Positions 48,049 through 58,054 of a DNA stretch of 64,000 bases are shown piece after piece. Positions within the stretch are counted from its first letter, which is position 1; each line of letters opens with the position of its first letter. This stretch comes from Anaeromyxobacter sp. (GTDB lineage: Bacteria; Myxococcota; Myxococcia; Myxococcales; Anaeromyxobacteraceae), in the NCBI GenBank assembly GCA_049840735.1, contig JASGJN010000020.1, positions 352,001 through 416,000 on the forward strand, written 5' to 3'. A program made the translations under genes and the position numbers. The notes beneath the pieces were generated by a model. The model saw only the letters and a program-made list of their open reading frames with translations, made no database searches and was not told where the DNA came from.

Positions 48049-48897
48049 TCACCGCCCCGGCGGCCGGACCGCCAGGAACCGACCGACCGCGTCCCGCTCG
48101 ACGATCAGCTCGCGGCCGTCCAGCTCCACCCGCTCGACGATGCCGCCGTCGTCGGTCCGCTCGGCGTCCCGCACCGGGAGGTCGGCCAGGTCGCCCACGA
48201 CCTCCGAACCGACCACCTGCCCGGAGGCGTCCAGCGTGCGCCGCACGAGGCGGCCCTCGTGATCGACGATCCGGTCCTGGCGGAGCGCCGCCGGCACCGC
48301 CGCGCCGGCGGCGGCGTTCGCTCCCATGGCCCGGGCCGAGACCAGCCGGCCGGTCCGGTCGCGACGGATCTCGATGAGGCTCCAGGCGTCGGCCAGGACC
48401 TGGACGGTGGAGCCATCCGCGGCGGCCAGGACGGCGGACTCCGGGGTCGGAGGGGTGGCTTGGGCCGGGGCCGGGGACTCAGGCGGAGCCAGGGCTGGGG
48501 ACGACGGAGCCGCAACCGGAGCCGGAGCCGCGACCTGACCCGGAGCCGCAGCCGGAGCCGGAGCCGGAGCCGGAGGCGGAGGCGGAGGCGCGACCTGCCC
48601 CGGATCCGAATCCGGACCCGGAGCCGCGACCGCGGCCCCCGCCACCATCGCCGCCCCGGTCTCCGCCAGGGCCAGTTCAGCCACCGGGAAGTCGACCGGC
48701 TGGATCATGCTCGACGCGGTCAGGGCGGTGCGAACGCGGCGGGAGGCCTGCGGGCGCCGGGGCAGGAGCCCCTGCTTCGCCCGCAGGGCGTTGGTCTCGG
48801 AGAGCGTGGGCGCGGGCGCGGGATCGGGGGCGGCGGACGCGCCTCCGGCGGGCGCGCCCAGTGCGAGGGCCAGCAGGACAGCCAGTGGAGAGGACAC
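48049..48897 (-). CDS. Hypothetical secreted protein with Pro/Ala linker
   Basis: Signal-like VSSPLAVLLALALG, PAPAPA linker, repeated beta-hairpin motifs (RDRTGRLV, TLDASGQVV, RDAVGRFL). Confidence 0.6.
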   Translation of the reverse strand: MSSPLAVLLALALGAPAGGASAAPDPAPAPTLSETNALRAKQGLLPRRPQASRRVRTALTASSMIQPVDFPVAELALAETGAAMVAGAAVAAPGPDSDPGQVAPPPPPPAPAPAPAAAPGQVAAPAPVAAPSSPALAPPESPAPAQATPPTPESAVLAAADGSTVQVLADAWSLIEIRRDRTGRLVSARAMGANAAAGAAVPAALRQDRIVDHEGRLVRRTLDASGQVVGSEVVGDLADLPVRDAERTDDGGIVERVELDGRELIVERDAVGRFLAVRPPGR

Positions 48898-49532
48898 GGT
48901 CTTGCTCCTGGCGCGGGGAGGGGGACGCGCCTGGTGGAATCGACGGTGGCGCCGCCGCCTCGCCCCGGCGACGCCCCGCTGCGCGAACGCCCCGCCCGGC
49001 GCGGCCACCGGCTGCGAGGAGGTGGGAGCCGCTCCTCCCGCCTCTCCCCGCCGTGGCTCGTGGCGCTTGCCTGCGCACGGGCCGACCCGCCCCGCCGGGG
49101 ACCGGGCGGCTGGTGCTGGTCCCTTCGTCGCACTGCCCGCGGCGCCAGAAGGGTCTCCGTCATCACCTCAAGCACCGGAGCGAGCATGGACCAGCCTTGG
49201 CGCCTCCGGCCAGCGCCGCGCGCAGTCTGCGGCGCTCGACGACACCGACAGCGTCTCGGGCGGCGAGAGGAGGAACACCCGCAGCCGTTCGCGGGCGGCC
49301 AGCTGGGGCGAGAAATGGCTTCTCGCGGACGCACCGCGGAGGTCATCCGATCCAGCGCCAGGGGCAAGGAGCGCCTCCTCGCGCGGCAAGAAGACGCAGC
49401 AATGCACGGACGCTTCGTGCGGCGCGCCAGGCGGCGCGGGCCGCGATCGGGGAACACGCGGAGTTCACTCCGCATCTCGCCCGACCGGCGCCCACGCCTG
49501 GCTACCAGCCCTTCACGCTGCGGCACACCGAT

Positions 49533-49800
49533 CCCCTTGAAGCTGCTGCATTGGGAGGAGCGTTCGGTGGCCTCGGCTCCCTCGCAGGAGACGGGGCGGA
49601 GGCTCTGGGGCAGGCTCTTACTACCCCGCGTCACTGCCCGTTGGGCAAGCTAGACATTATCAAGCACATCCAGGAGCTGAATGGCATTCAGCCCAGCGAG
49701 CTCACCCCAGCTGCCGCTGCCGCCGGGCAGGCTGTTGGGAAGGTCGTAGGCAACGGAAGTAGCTTTGTGCCGGCAAGTCCAGAAAAGGATCAGAATAGGG
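49533..49800 (+). pseudogene. Polymorphic-toxin C-terminal remnant 1 (glycine-zipper hinge + tail)
   Basis: PLEAAALGGAFGGLGSLAGDGAEALG...AAAAAGQAVGKVVG; no credible start. Confidence 0.45.
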
Positions 49801-49806
49801 GCCGCG

Positions 49807-50028
49807 ATGACTTGGCGAGAACCCTTGATTGCCTTGAAGCTGTTTGGAGCGTGGTTGGCGGCGGGCGCTCTTATGGCTGGGGGCGTATGGGTTGTGTCGC
49901 TGCTGCATCCAATGGGACATGAGAGGATGCTGCTTGGGATGGCGCTTTCTCTACTTGTTTTTGCTGTGTTTGGAGTCATCGTCTCGGCGCGGTACATGAT
50001 GAACGTGTCGAGGCAGAAGACCCGGTAG
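49807..50028 (+). CDS. Small two-TM protein, putative immunity protein
   Basis: MTWREPLIALKLFGAWLAAG...; directly follows remnant 1. Confidence 0.55.
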   Translation: MTWREPLIALKLFGAWLAAGALMAGGVWVVSLLHPMGHERMLLGMALSLLVFAVFGVIVSARYMMNVSRQKTR

Positions 50029-50166
50029 ACCTTCGAGCTTTTTTGGCCGCCCCCTCCGACTACCACGTCACCACCATCACCCGGGGGGGGAGATGGGCCG
50101 TTAGCCCAGGGTCCCTTGGCTCAACCACGCCCGTCAGTTCCCTCCCCATAAAGCAGGACCAACACA

Positions 50167-50460
50167 ATGGACAATGAACAAGACTCGAAGCTCCGGCAGG
50201 CAGCCCTTGAAGCGCTCACGGTTGGCCTGTTGCGCATTCGCGCCATGGCCAGCGCCGGAGACAGTACGGCCTGCGGCATAGAGGCATACCACTTGCATAA
50301 CTTGCCGCACCTCGCCGAACGCCCAAACTATGATGAACTGGAGTATTACTTGACCATTGAGCGCGTCGGATTCCTGAAGCACCGGCCGCGCGACGTGGCG
50401 CAATTCGACAACGCCTGGAAGACAATGCAGGCGCTACTCGACGGAGGGCGATGGAGCTGA
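50167..50460 (+). CDS. Small soluble helical protein (HNLP motif), putative immunity protein
   Basis: AGGA RBS; 97-aa ORF with AYHLHNLP; start overlaps the end of a short start-less upstream fragment. Confidence 0.65.
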   Translation: MDNEQDSKLRQAALEALTVGLLRIRAMASAGDSTACGIEAYHLHNLPHLAERPNYDELEYYLTIERVGFLKHRPRDVAQFDNAWKTMQALLDGGRWS

Positions 50461-50475
50461 GTGCTCGCCAGTCAC

Positions 50476-50881
50476 CCCCTCCAAGCTGCTGCATTCGGAG
50501 GCTAGTTCGGTGACCTCCGCCCCGTCGCAGGAGACGGGTCGGACCTCTGTGACCCCTGAGAGATCTTCCCTGGAGCGCTTTGCAGCCTGGCAGAAGGAGG
50601 ATGGAAATCGGCCCTTCGTCTATAGGTTCGACACGACGCCGGAGGAGGAGGCCCTAATCGCATCGAGGTTTGGTTACAGCCCCGACCCTCGCTTGATCAG
50701 GCAAAGGATCCGGGTGCGGGCAATTTGTTCCAGTTCGGTGTCGTCAGCCATTTCCGGCGTAGGTCCGTTCGCCAAGGCGACTCACAGCATCCTTCCCGGA
50801 TACCTCGAAGCCGAATTGAACGAAGCCCAAAAGGACGCCTCAGCGGCGAGGACGACCAAGCCAGCCGAAGGAGGACAGTAG
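50476..50881 (+). pseudogene. Polymorphic-toxin C-terminal remnant 3
   Basis: Second hinge copy (with TAG) then, in another frame, ...DTTPEEEALI...CSSSVSSAISGVGPF...LPGYLEAEL...*. Confidence 0.45.
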
Positions 50882-51232
50882 GGCACTCAAGGAGGTGGGG
50901 CATGGAAGTGGTTCGGGTTGGTCGCAGCGGGTTGCGGTGGGCATTCCTTGCGTCGTGCGGCGGCTTAGCCGTGTCCGTCCTTCTCGCGGTGGTCACCAGC
51001 CTGGACAACCGGCTGGTAGCTGCCTATCGCGCCGGGCGTGCATTGCCGTACCGCATGACGTTCTTCCTTCTCGTCTTCTGCTTTGGGCTCGCCCTCTGGA
51101 GTGGGTTGCTATGGCGCGTTCCGCGCAACGTGTTTCGAGCAGCGCTGACGGGGGCGCTTTTGGGTTACCTGAGCGGATTCCTTGCTTGGTGGATCGCGCA
51201 GTGCCTCTTCATTTCAGTGGGCGGCGCGTGGG

Positions 51233-52924
51233 CAGACCTGATTCCCGCTGACCCGTCGTCTCGCGATTCTCGCGCCTGGGGCGCTTGAGAGTCCAACTCG
51301 CGCCGAGACGAGGGTGATTTTCGTGGCGCGGGGCCGACTCCGCCCGCCGTCGCCTCGGATTCCTGATCGGCAAGATCGACGCCGCGATCCACCTCGGCGA
51401 TCATCCCGCCCGCGCAAAAGGAGAAGGGGTGGAGGCTATGCGGGCCCCCACCCCCAAAGACGGCCGAACTCGCGCAAAACGAGAAGAGGCCGAGAGGCAG
51501 GAGATCATGCCGATCACCGAAACACAAGCCCGACGTGCCCTGCGGCACGCCGACATCCCGTGGGACCACGGAGTCGAGGACCCTCGCGAGGAGGCCTGGG
51601 TCGTCCACGACCACCTGGGCCTGCTGGGAGGCCTGGCCGCCGCGTTCTCCGTGGGCTGTCGGACGCTGCGGCGCGCCGAGGACTTCTTTGCCGACCTCGG
51701 CCTGGGCGCTCGCCGCGCGCTGGGACTCCCGGTCGCGGGGAAGCCGTGCGACACCACCCTCTACCGCCTGCTCGCCCAGCAGGACCCAGCCGGCCTGGAG
51801 GAGACCGTCTTCGCGCAGGCGAAGGATCTCGTCGCCCGCAAGGTGGCCAGGAACGATCGTTTCCCGGTCGGCGTGATGAGCTTCGACGGCAAGGGGACCT
51901 GGTCCCGGATCGACGGCGAGGAGCTGCCCGGCGCCCTGCAGTCGGCCTACGACGCCGCGGGATCCTCGCTGCAGACCTTCGGCGCCCTCCGCGCCGCGCT
52001 GACCTCCTCCTCCGCCTGCCTCTGCGTCGGACAGCGGATCATCGGCTCCAAGGAGGGCGAGTCCCCCGCCTTCCGGGAACTGCTCCCCAAGATCGACGAG
52101 GCGCTGGGCGGGCAGTTCCGCATCGTCACCGGCGACGCAGGCCTCTGCGCCCGCGAGAACGCGGAGCTCGTGAGCTCGCTCGGCTGCTGGTACCTGTTCG
52201 GCCTCAAGGGCAACCAGCCGTACCTGCACGCCTTCGCCCGCGAGCACGGCGAGTACACGATTGGTGACCCGGTCGCCCGGACCACCGAGCGGTACAGAGG
52301 TAACGTCGTGGTGCGGGAGCTCTACGTCCGCGACGTCGCCGGCAGCCCCTCCGTCGTCATGGAGGGCGCCCAGCAGCTTTGGTACGTCTGCCAGACCACG
52401 ACCGACCGGCGCGGCGAGATCGTGGCGGTCGAGCAGCGGTACTTCGTCACCTCGATCCCCACCGGGACCCTGACCCGGGACCAGGAGCTGGCGCTCGTCC
52501 GTCTGCACTGGGGATTGAGAACCGCTGCCACTGGACCCTGGACGTGGTGCTGGGCGAGGACGATGGCCACCCCTGCCAGGCGAACCGGGCCGCCATCGAG
52601 ACCGTCAGCTGGCTGCGGATCATCGGCTACAACGCGCTGAGCGCCTGGCGGGCCCTGGCGCCTCGCAAGGACGGCGGCCCCATCGCCTGGGCCCGTGCCG
52701 CGGAGACCCTCCGCGACGCGCTGCTCGCCGCCCGCGTCGCCGATCAGCACGGGCCCGCTGTCGTCACCTGAACCACCGGCCCGCAGGCCGCCCCTTCTTC
52801 ATTGCGCGCTGACAACCTGACCCGTCCCGCGGCCGACGCCGCTGGGCGACCTGCGTCCCGCCGCTGAGAGTGCGGCGCCGAGATACCGGCGAAGCTCATC
52901 CCGCGTCAGCGCGGATCGGGTCTG
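51233..52924 (+). mobile_element. ISAs1-family insertion sequence, 1692 bp, imperfect terminal IRs, 12-bp target duplication
   Basis: IRL CAGACCTGATTCCCGCTGACCCG; IRR (rc) CAGACCCGATCCGCGCTGACGCG; GCGGCGCGTGGG at 51221-51232 and 52925-52936. Confidence 0.92.
51438..52771 (+). CDS. ISAs1-family DDE transposase; frameshift in G-run near 52510-52516
   Basis: FDGK, IVTGDAGLC, YLFGLKGNQP, RYFVTS, R.HW|GIENRCHWTLDVVLGED. Confidence 0.9.
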
Positions 52925-53058
52925 GCGGCGCGTGGGTGGCCTTACGGGATTTTCCGTCCGGGTTGGGAGCTCCTCTGCTTGTCCCGCTCATCTCTCTGTC
53001 GTGGCTATTCGGGTCCATTGCCTTCTCAACAACGCACTTGATCTTCCGCACCGGAGCG

Positions 53059-53076
53059 CAGACCTGATTCCCGCTG
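53059..53076 (+). mobile_element. Orphan left end of the same IS
   Basis: CAGACCTGATTCCCGCTG identical to 51233-51250. Confidence 0.8.
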
Positions 53077-53204
53077 CCCCCTCGCGCCACCGCACTCCTG
53101 CCTACGGCGCTTGGGAGCGCCGTGGTCAGGACCGATGCCCGCGGCGAGGTCAGCAAGCAGCCCAGACCAATCAACGCGAAGGACAAACAGCAGTGAGGAC
53201 TGCC

Positions 53205-53492
53205 ATGAAGGCAATCGCTTTGTGCCTCACCCTGGCAGCGCAGGTCCTGCTGGCTGTGCTGCTCCACTGGATGCGCAGCCGCGGCGTGGGCAGCCTACTC
53301 AGGTGGGATGCTGTGGCGTTCGGCGCCCCGTTGCTGGGGGCAAGCGCAGCGTATTTCCTGTTGTTCGGCGGAGTGGCGCGAGGCGGGGTGTTCTCCTGGC
53401 GCGCCGCTGGACTCGGTGTGGTGGCGGTCGTGCTCGGCATGGTCGTGCAGGGCATTGGGATGACGGTCGCAGCCAATCTGTACGGAACGTGA
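53205..53492 (+). CDS. Small three-TM protein, putative immunity protein
   Basis: GAGGA RBS; MKAIALCLTLAAQVLL...GMTVAANLYGT; preceded by a start-less tail ...LLPTALGSAV...KDKQQ*. Confidence 0.65.
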   Translation: MKAIALCLTLAAQVLLAVLLHWMRSRGVGSLLRWDAVAFGAPLLGASAAYFLLFGGVARGGVFSWRAAGLGVVAVVLGMVVQGIGMTVAANLYGT

Positions 53493-53800
53493 GAGGGCCC
53501 TCGTCGCAGGAGTCATGCTCAGCGACGGCGCCCTGGAGCCCCACCGGGAGAGTCCAGAGCCCCGGCCCAGAGTGCGCTGCGCGGCGCGTGTGGTCCAGGC
53601 TCGGCCAGCTGGTTCGCTGACCTGCGGTGCAGCATCGCTTGCGCGTTAGCGCTGGGACGGCTCCCGGCAGCCTCCCCCGTGGCCATCGAACCTGGCGCCG
53701 ACCCGCCCCGCCGGGGACCAGCCTGCCGGCGCCAGGTCCCTTCAGCGCGCCCGCCGAAGGTGCGTTAGAAAGGGCGGGCCTTCACACCTTGGAGCGGACC

Positions 53801-54991
53801 ATGAAGCCTGCCTTCACCGCGCACCTGAGGACGCAGCTCACGCAGCTCGAGGCGGAGGGGCTCTTCAAGCGGGAGCGGGTCCTTACCAGCAAGCAAGGCG
53901 CCTGGGTCGAGGCTGACGGCCGGCGGGTGGTGAACCTCTGCGCCAACAACTACCTGGGGCTGGCGGGCCGGCCGGAGCTGGTGGAGGCCGGCCAGGCGGC
54001 CCTGGAGGCGCACGGCTTCGGCCTCTCCTCGGTCCGCTTCATCTGCGGCACCCAGGACGTGCACAAGGCGCTGGAGGCGCGGCTGGCCGCCTTCCTGGGC
54101 TTCGATGACGCCATCCTCTTCTCCTCCTGCTTCGACGCCAACGGCGGCGTCTTCGAGGCGCTGCTGGGCGAGGAGGACGCGGTCATCTCCGACGCGCTCA
54201 ACCACGCCTCCATCATCGACGGCATCCGGCTCTGCAAGGCGCGCCGCTACCGGTACGCGAACGGCGACATGGCCGAGTTGGCGGCCCGGCTGGCGGAGGC
54301 CGACGCGGGCGGCGCCCGCTTCAAGCTGGTGGTCACCGACGGCGTCTTCTCCATGGACGGCTACCTGGCCAACCTGCCGGCCATCTGCGACCTGGCCGAG
54401 CGCCACGGCGCCCTGGTGATGGTGGACGACAGCCACGCCGTGGGGTTCATCGGGGAGAAGGGGCGCGGCACCCACGAGCACCACCGCGTGATGGGCCGGG
54501 TGGATCTCGTCACCGGCACGCTGGGCAAGGCGCTGGGCGGCGCGGCCGGCGGCTACGTGGCCGGGTCGCGCGAGGTGGTGGCCTGGCTCCGGCAGAAGGC
54601 CCGCCCCTACCTCTTCTCCAACACGCTGGCCCCGGTCATCGCCGGCGTGAGCCTGGCGGTGCTGGACCTGCTGGAGAGGAGCGACGACCTGCGCCGCCGG
54701 CTGCGCGAGAACGCGGCCTTCTTCCGGGGCGAGCTCTCGCGGCTGGGGTTCCGCCTGCAGCCCGGCGAGCACCCCATCGTCCCGGTGATGCTGGGCGAGG
54801 CCACGCTGGCCCAGGACTTCGCGCGGCGGCTGCTGGACGAGGGCGTCTACGTGATCGGCTTCTTCTTCCCGGTGGTGCCGCGCGGCCAGGCGCGGATCCG
54901 CACGCAGCTGAGCGCCGCGCACACGCGCGAGGACCTTGTCCACGCCGTGGCCGCCTTCGAGAAGGTGGGCCGGGCGCTGAAGGTCATCTAG
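53801..54991 (+). CDS. kbl: Glycine C-acetyltransferase (2-amino-3-ketobutyrate CoA ligase)
   Basis: [61 protein letters not shown]. Confidence 0.96.
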   Translation: MKPAFTAHLRTQLTQLEAEGLFKRERVLTSKQGAWVEADGRRVVNLCANNYLGLAGRPELVEAGQAALEAHGFGLSSVRFICGTQDVHKALEARLAAFLGFDDAILFSSCFDANGGVFEALLGEEDAVISDALNHASIIDGIRLCKARRYRYANGDMAELAARLAEADAGGARFKLVVTDGVFSMDGYLANLPAICDLAERHGALVMVDDSHAVGFIGEKGRGTHEHHRVMGRVDLVTGTLGKALGGAAGGYVAGSREVVAWLRQKARPYLFSNTLAPVIAGVSLAVLDLLERSDDLRRRLRENAAFFRGELSRLGFRLQPGEHPIVPVMLGEATLAQDFARRLLDEGVYVIGFFFPVVPRGQARIRTQLSAAHTREDLVHAVAAFEKVGRALKVI

Positions 54992-55018
54992 GGCTGGAAC
55001 CTCCACCAGGAGCGACAC

Positions 55019-56053
55019 ATGAAGGCCCTCGTCAAGGCGGAGCGGACCCCCGGCATCTGGCTGCAGCAGGACGTGCCCACCCCGGAGCTGGGCGTGCACG
55101 ACGTGATGATCCGCATCGGCAAGACGGCCATCTGCGGCACCGACGTCCACATCTACAACTGGGACGAGTGGAGCCAGCGCACCGTGCCGGTGCCGATGGT
55201 GGTCGGCCACGAGTACGTCGGGCGGGTGGAGCGGGTGGGCCCGGAGGTGGAGGCCTTCAAGCCGGGAGATCGCGTCAGCGGCGAGGGGCACATCACCTGC
55301 GGCTTCTGCCGCAACTGCCGCGCCGGCCGGCGCCACCTGTGCCGGCACACGATCGGCGTGGGCGTGAACCGACCCGGCGCGTTCGCAGAGTTCCTGGTCA
55401 TCCCGGCCGACAACGTCTACCGCATCCCCGACGACATCCCGGACGACGTGGCCGCCATCTTCGACCCCTACGGCAACGCCACCCACACCGCCCTCTCCTT
55501 CGACCTGGTGGGCGAGGACGTCCTCATCACCGGCGCCGGCCCCATCGGCGTGATGGCCGCCGCCATCGCCCGCCACGTGGGGGCGCGCCACGTGGTGGTG
55601 ACCGACGTCAACGACTACCGGCTGGACCTGGCGCGCCGCATGGGCGCTTCACGCGCCGTCAACGTGGCGCGGGAGGACCTGAAGGCGGTCATGACCGAGC
55701 TGGGCATGCGCGAGGGGTTCGACGTCGGCCTGGAGATGAGCGGCAACGGGCGCGCCTTCCGGCAGCTGCTGGAGGTGATGAACCACGGCGGCAAGGTGGC
55801 GCTGCTGGGCATCATGCCCGGGCAGGAGGCCATCGACTGGAGCCAGGTGGTGTTCAAGGGGCTCTTCCTCAAGGGCATCTACGGCCGGGAGATGTACGAG
55901 ACCTGGTACAAGATGGTGGCCATGCTGCAGGGCGGGCTCGACCTGACCCCGGTCATCACCCACCGCTTCCCCATCGCCGAGTTCCAGCGCGGCTTCGACG
56001 TCATGCGCAGCGGCCAGTCCGGCAAGGTGGTGCTGGACTGGTCCGCGGCGTAG
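55019..56053 (+). CDS. tdh: L-threonine 3-dehydrogenase
   Basis: [52 protein letters not shown]; follows kbl. Confidence 0.97.
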   Translation: MKALVKAERTPGIWLQQDVPTPELGVHDVMIRIGKTAICGTDVHIYNWDEWSQRTVPVPMVVGHEYVGRVERVGPEVEAFKPGDRVSGEGHITCGFCRNCRAGRRHLCRHTIGVGVNRPGAFAEFLVIPADNVYRIPDDIPDDVAAIFDPYGNATHTALSFDLVGEDVLITGAGPIGVMAAAIARHVGARHVVVTDVNDYRLDLARRMGASRAVNVAREDLKAVMTELGMREGFDVGLEMSGNGRAFRQLLEVMNHGGKVALLGIMPGQEAIDWSQVVFKGLFLKGIYGREMYETWYKMVAMLQGGLDLTPVITHRFPIAEFQRGFDVMRSGQSGKVVLDWSAA

Positions 56054-56109
56054 CGGCGGACGACTGGGCAGCGACGAGCCGTGCTAGCCTCCTCGGAGGA
56101 GGGGAGAGC

Positions 56110-56769
56110 ATGCTCGAGCTCGGCGAGGCGAAACGGAACGTCTCCGACCAGGAGGCGCGCGCCGCAGTGACACGGGCCGAGTGGGCCACGGCCGTGCACT
56201 CGGCCCGGACCGTGGCCCTGGCCGGTGTCGCCGCGCTGCTGTTCGGCCTCGGCCTGCGGTGGCTCATCGCCCACGGACTCGACCCGGCGGGCCTCCCAGG
56301 GGCGACCGGACGCCTCAGCGTCCTCTCAGCCGCGGCGACCGTCGTTGGGCTGATCGCAGCGGGGGGCGGCGCGGCGCGCTGGTTCCAGCTGATCAGGGCG
56401 GGGGTGGAGGGCGACCAGCGGCAGCTCTGGTTCGCCCTGGCGCCGGGACGTCCGGCCGAGCTGTGCATCGCCTATCGACGCGGCGTCGCTGCCGGTGAGT
56501 GGCGGGACGTCCGGATCTTGGAGCGCGGGCTGGAGCTGCTGTCGGTGCCGGTGCTGGGCGGCTGCGAGCCGGGCGAGGACGTGCGGCGCGAGGTCTTCTC
56601 CATCACGACCCAGCCCTCCTCCACTACGGCGGACTGGTCCTTCGAGCTGCCGGATGGGCGCCTGCTGCGCCTCCAGGTGGTACCGGACTTCTGGCGCCAG
56701 CGCCGCGTGCAGGTCTCGCTGGCCGGCGTGGTCCTGCGGCCCAGCGTTGGTCCCCTTCTCGCGGCCTGA
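56110..56769 (+). CDS. Hypothetical two-TM membrane protein
   Basis: TAGCCT box, [14 protein letters not shown] 56110; two hydrophobic helices then a beta-rich domain. Confidence 0.6.
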   Translation: MLELGEAKRNVSDQEARAAVTRAEWATAVHSARTVALAGVAALLFGLGLRWLIAHGLDPAGLPGATGRLSVLSAAATVVGLIAAGGGAARWFQLIRAGVEGDQRQLWFALAPGRPAELCIAYRRGVAAGEWRDVRILERGLELLSVPVLGGCEPGEDVRREVFSITTQPSSTTADWSFELPDGRLLRLQVVPDFWRQRRVQVSLAGVVLRPSVGPLLAA

Positions 56770-56860
56770 GGTAAGGGATACCCCCGACACGCTCGGTGAT
56801 GGCCGGGACCCGCCGCCGCGCCCTTGCCCTGCCGCCTGGGGCGTGCTGAGGTGGAGGTCG

Positions 56861-57970
56861 ATGCTCCGGTGGCTCTCCACCCTGCTGCGCCCAGCCGGCC
56901 ACCGCCGGCCGCCGCACACCGTGGCGGTCCCTCGCCTCGCCTCCCCGCCCGGCCGGCGGGCCGCGGCCGAGCCGGCCCCTGCCCCGGTGGCCGAGGCGCC
57001 GCTGCCGCCCGACGCTCCGCCGTTCGCGGGGTTCGCCCGGGCGCTGGGCGTGGAGGTGCCGCCCGCCCCGGACCCGGAGCACCCCGAGGAGCCGGATCCC
57101 GCCGACCTGGTCCTGGCCGAGCAGGTGCTGGCCCACTTCCACAGGAACCGCCCCGGCCCGGCCTCCGCCCCTTCGCTCTCGCTCAAGGCGCTCAACCTGG
57201 TGGCCACGCCCGGCGCCGACGTGGGCGAGATGGTGCGGCTGGTGTCGGCCGACCCGGCGCTCTCGGCCGGCATCCTGACCGTCGCGAACTCCGTCTTCTA
57301 CCGCGGCCTGGAGGAGATCGAGACCGTGCGGGCGGCGGTGGTCCGGCTCGGGCTGGAGGAGGCCGCGCGCGTGGTGGGCGCGCTCAGCGCCAAGAGCCTC
57401 TTCAACCCCCGCCTCAAGGCCGAGCTGGCCTCCTACGCGCCCCGCTTCTCGGCGCTCTACGCCCGGGCGCTCACCGTGGCCAGCGGCGCGGCCTGGGTGG
57501 CCATGCAGCGCCGCGGCGGGCGCGCCGACCGGGCCTTCCTGGGCGGCATGCTCTTCGACGTCGGGCAGACCATCGCGCTCCGCTCGGCGGCGGCCCTCTC
57601 GGCGGCCTCCGGACAGCCGCTCGACGCCGCGCAGCTTGACCGGGTGCTCGACCGCGTGCACCTGGAGGTCGGCGCCGAGTGCCACCAGGAGTGGCTGCTG
57701 CCGCAGTTCCTGACCGTCATCGCCGTGCGCCACCACGACCCGGAGATCCCGGGCGACCCCGAGTTCGCCGATTTGCACGCCGTCCGCCTGTGCGGGGCGC
57801 TGCTCGACCTGCGCCAGCCGGCCCGGGCGGCGCGCGCAGCGCAGGAGCTCCTGCAGAGCGCCGGGGCGCTGGGGCTCTCCCCCTTCGCCGTGCGCTCGGT
57901 GGACGCCGAGCTGCGCCAGGCGGCCCTCCGCACCGAGTCCGCCTTCGGGCTGGAGGGCGGCGCGCGGTAG
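56861..57970 (+). CDS. HDOD domain protein
   Basis: DPALSA.IL..ANS.FY, TVRAAVVRLG, AFLGGMLFDVG, H.EVG....W.LP, RHH. Confidence 0.88.
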   Translation: MLRWLSTLLRPAGHRRPPHTVAVPRLASPPGRRAAAEPAPAPVAEAPLPPDAPPFAGFARALGVEVPPAPDPEHPEEPDPADLVLAEQVLAHFHRNRPGPASAPSLSLKALNLVATPGADVGEMVRLVSADPALSAGILTVANSVFYRGLEEIETVRAAVVRLGLEEAARVVGALSAKSLFNPRLKAELASYAPRFSALYARALTVASGAAWVAMQRRGGRADRAFLGGMLFDVGQTIALRSAAALSAASGQPLDAAQLDRVLDRVHLEVGAECHQEWLLPQFLTVIAVRHHDPEIPGDPEFADLHAVRLCGALLDLRQPARAARAAQELLQSAGALGLSPFAVRSVDAELRQAALRTESAFGLEGGAR

Positions 57971-58054
57971 CAGCCCCTCGCGGAGCAACCAGGGGTTTCT
58001 CCCAGTTTCGCCGCGCGCCTGCTTCGCTTACCCATCGGGCTCCCAGGAGCCCGC

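Larger units (their letters stand above)
49533..50543 (+). repeat. Two copies of a 68-bp direct repeat (49533-49600 and 50476-50543)
   Basis: Ungapped manual alignment, 57/68 identical. Confidence 0.9.
50902..53067 (+). pseudogene. Multi-TM membrane protein gene (putative immunity) split by the IS: 50902-51232 + 52937-53067
   Basis: AAGGAGGT RBS; removing the IS and one TSD copy restores the frame ...LFISVGGAW-VALRDFPSGLGAPLLVPLISLSWLFG... Confidence 0.8.
49150..53640. other. Lower-GC island: array of toxin-tail remnants and immunity-like genes (boundaries approximate)
   Basis: Visible rise in A/T and loss of host GC3 bias; short co-oriented ORFs; internal 68-bp repeat; IS insertion. Confidence 0.65.

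Noticed and set aside
49168..49407. 79-aa minus-strand ORF at the island edge
   Set aside because: No RBS or recognisable motif; could be a remnant but cannot be supported
49150..53640. Integron cassette array
   Set aside because: No integrase and no RYYYAAC...GTTRRRY attC palindromes seen between the ORFs
53640..53800. Glycine riboswitch upstream of kbl (CGCCGAAGGTGC)
   Set aside because: Lacks a properly placed GGAGA and the downstream CTCAGG element; an Rfam scan would settle it
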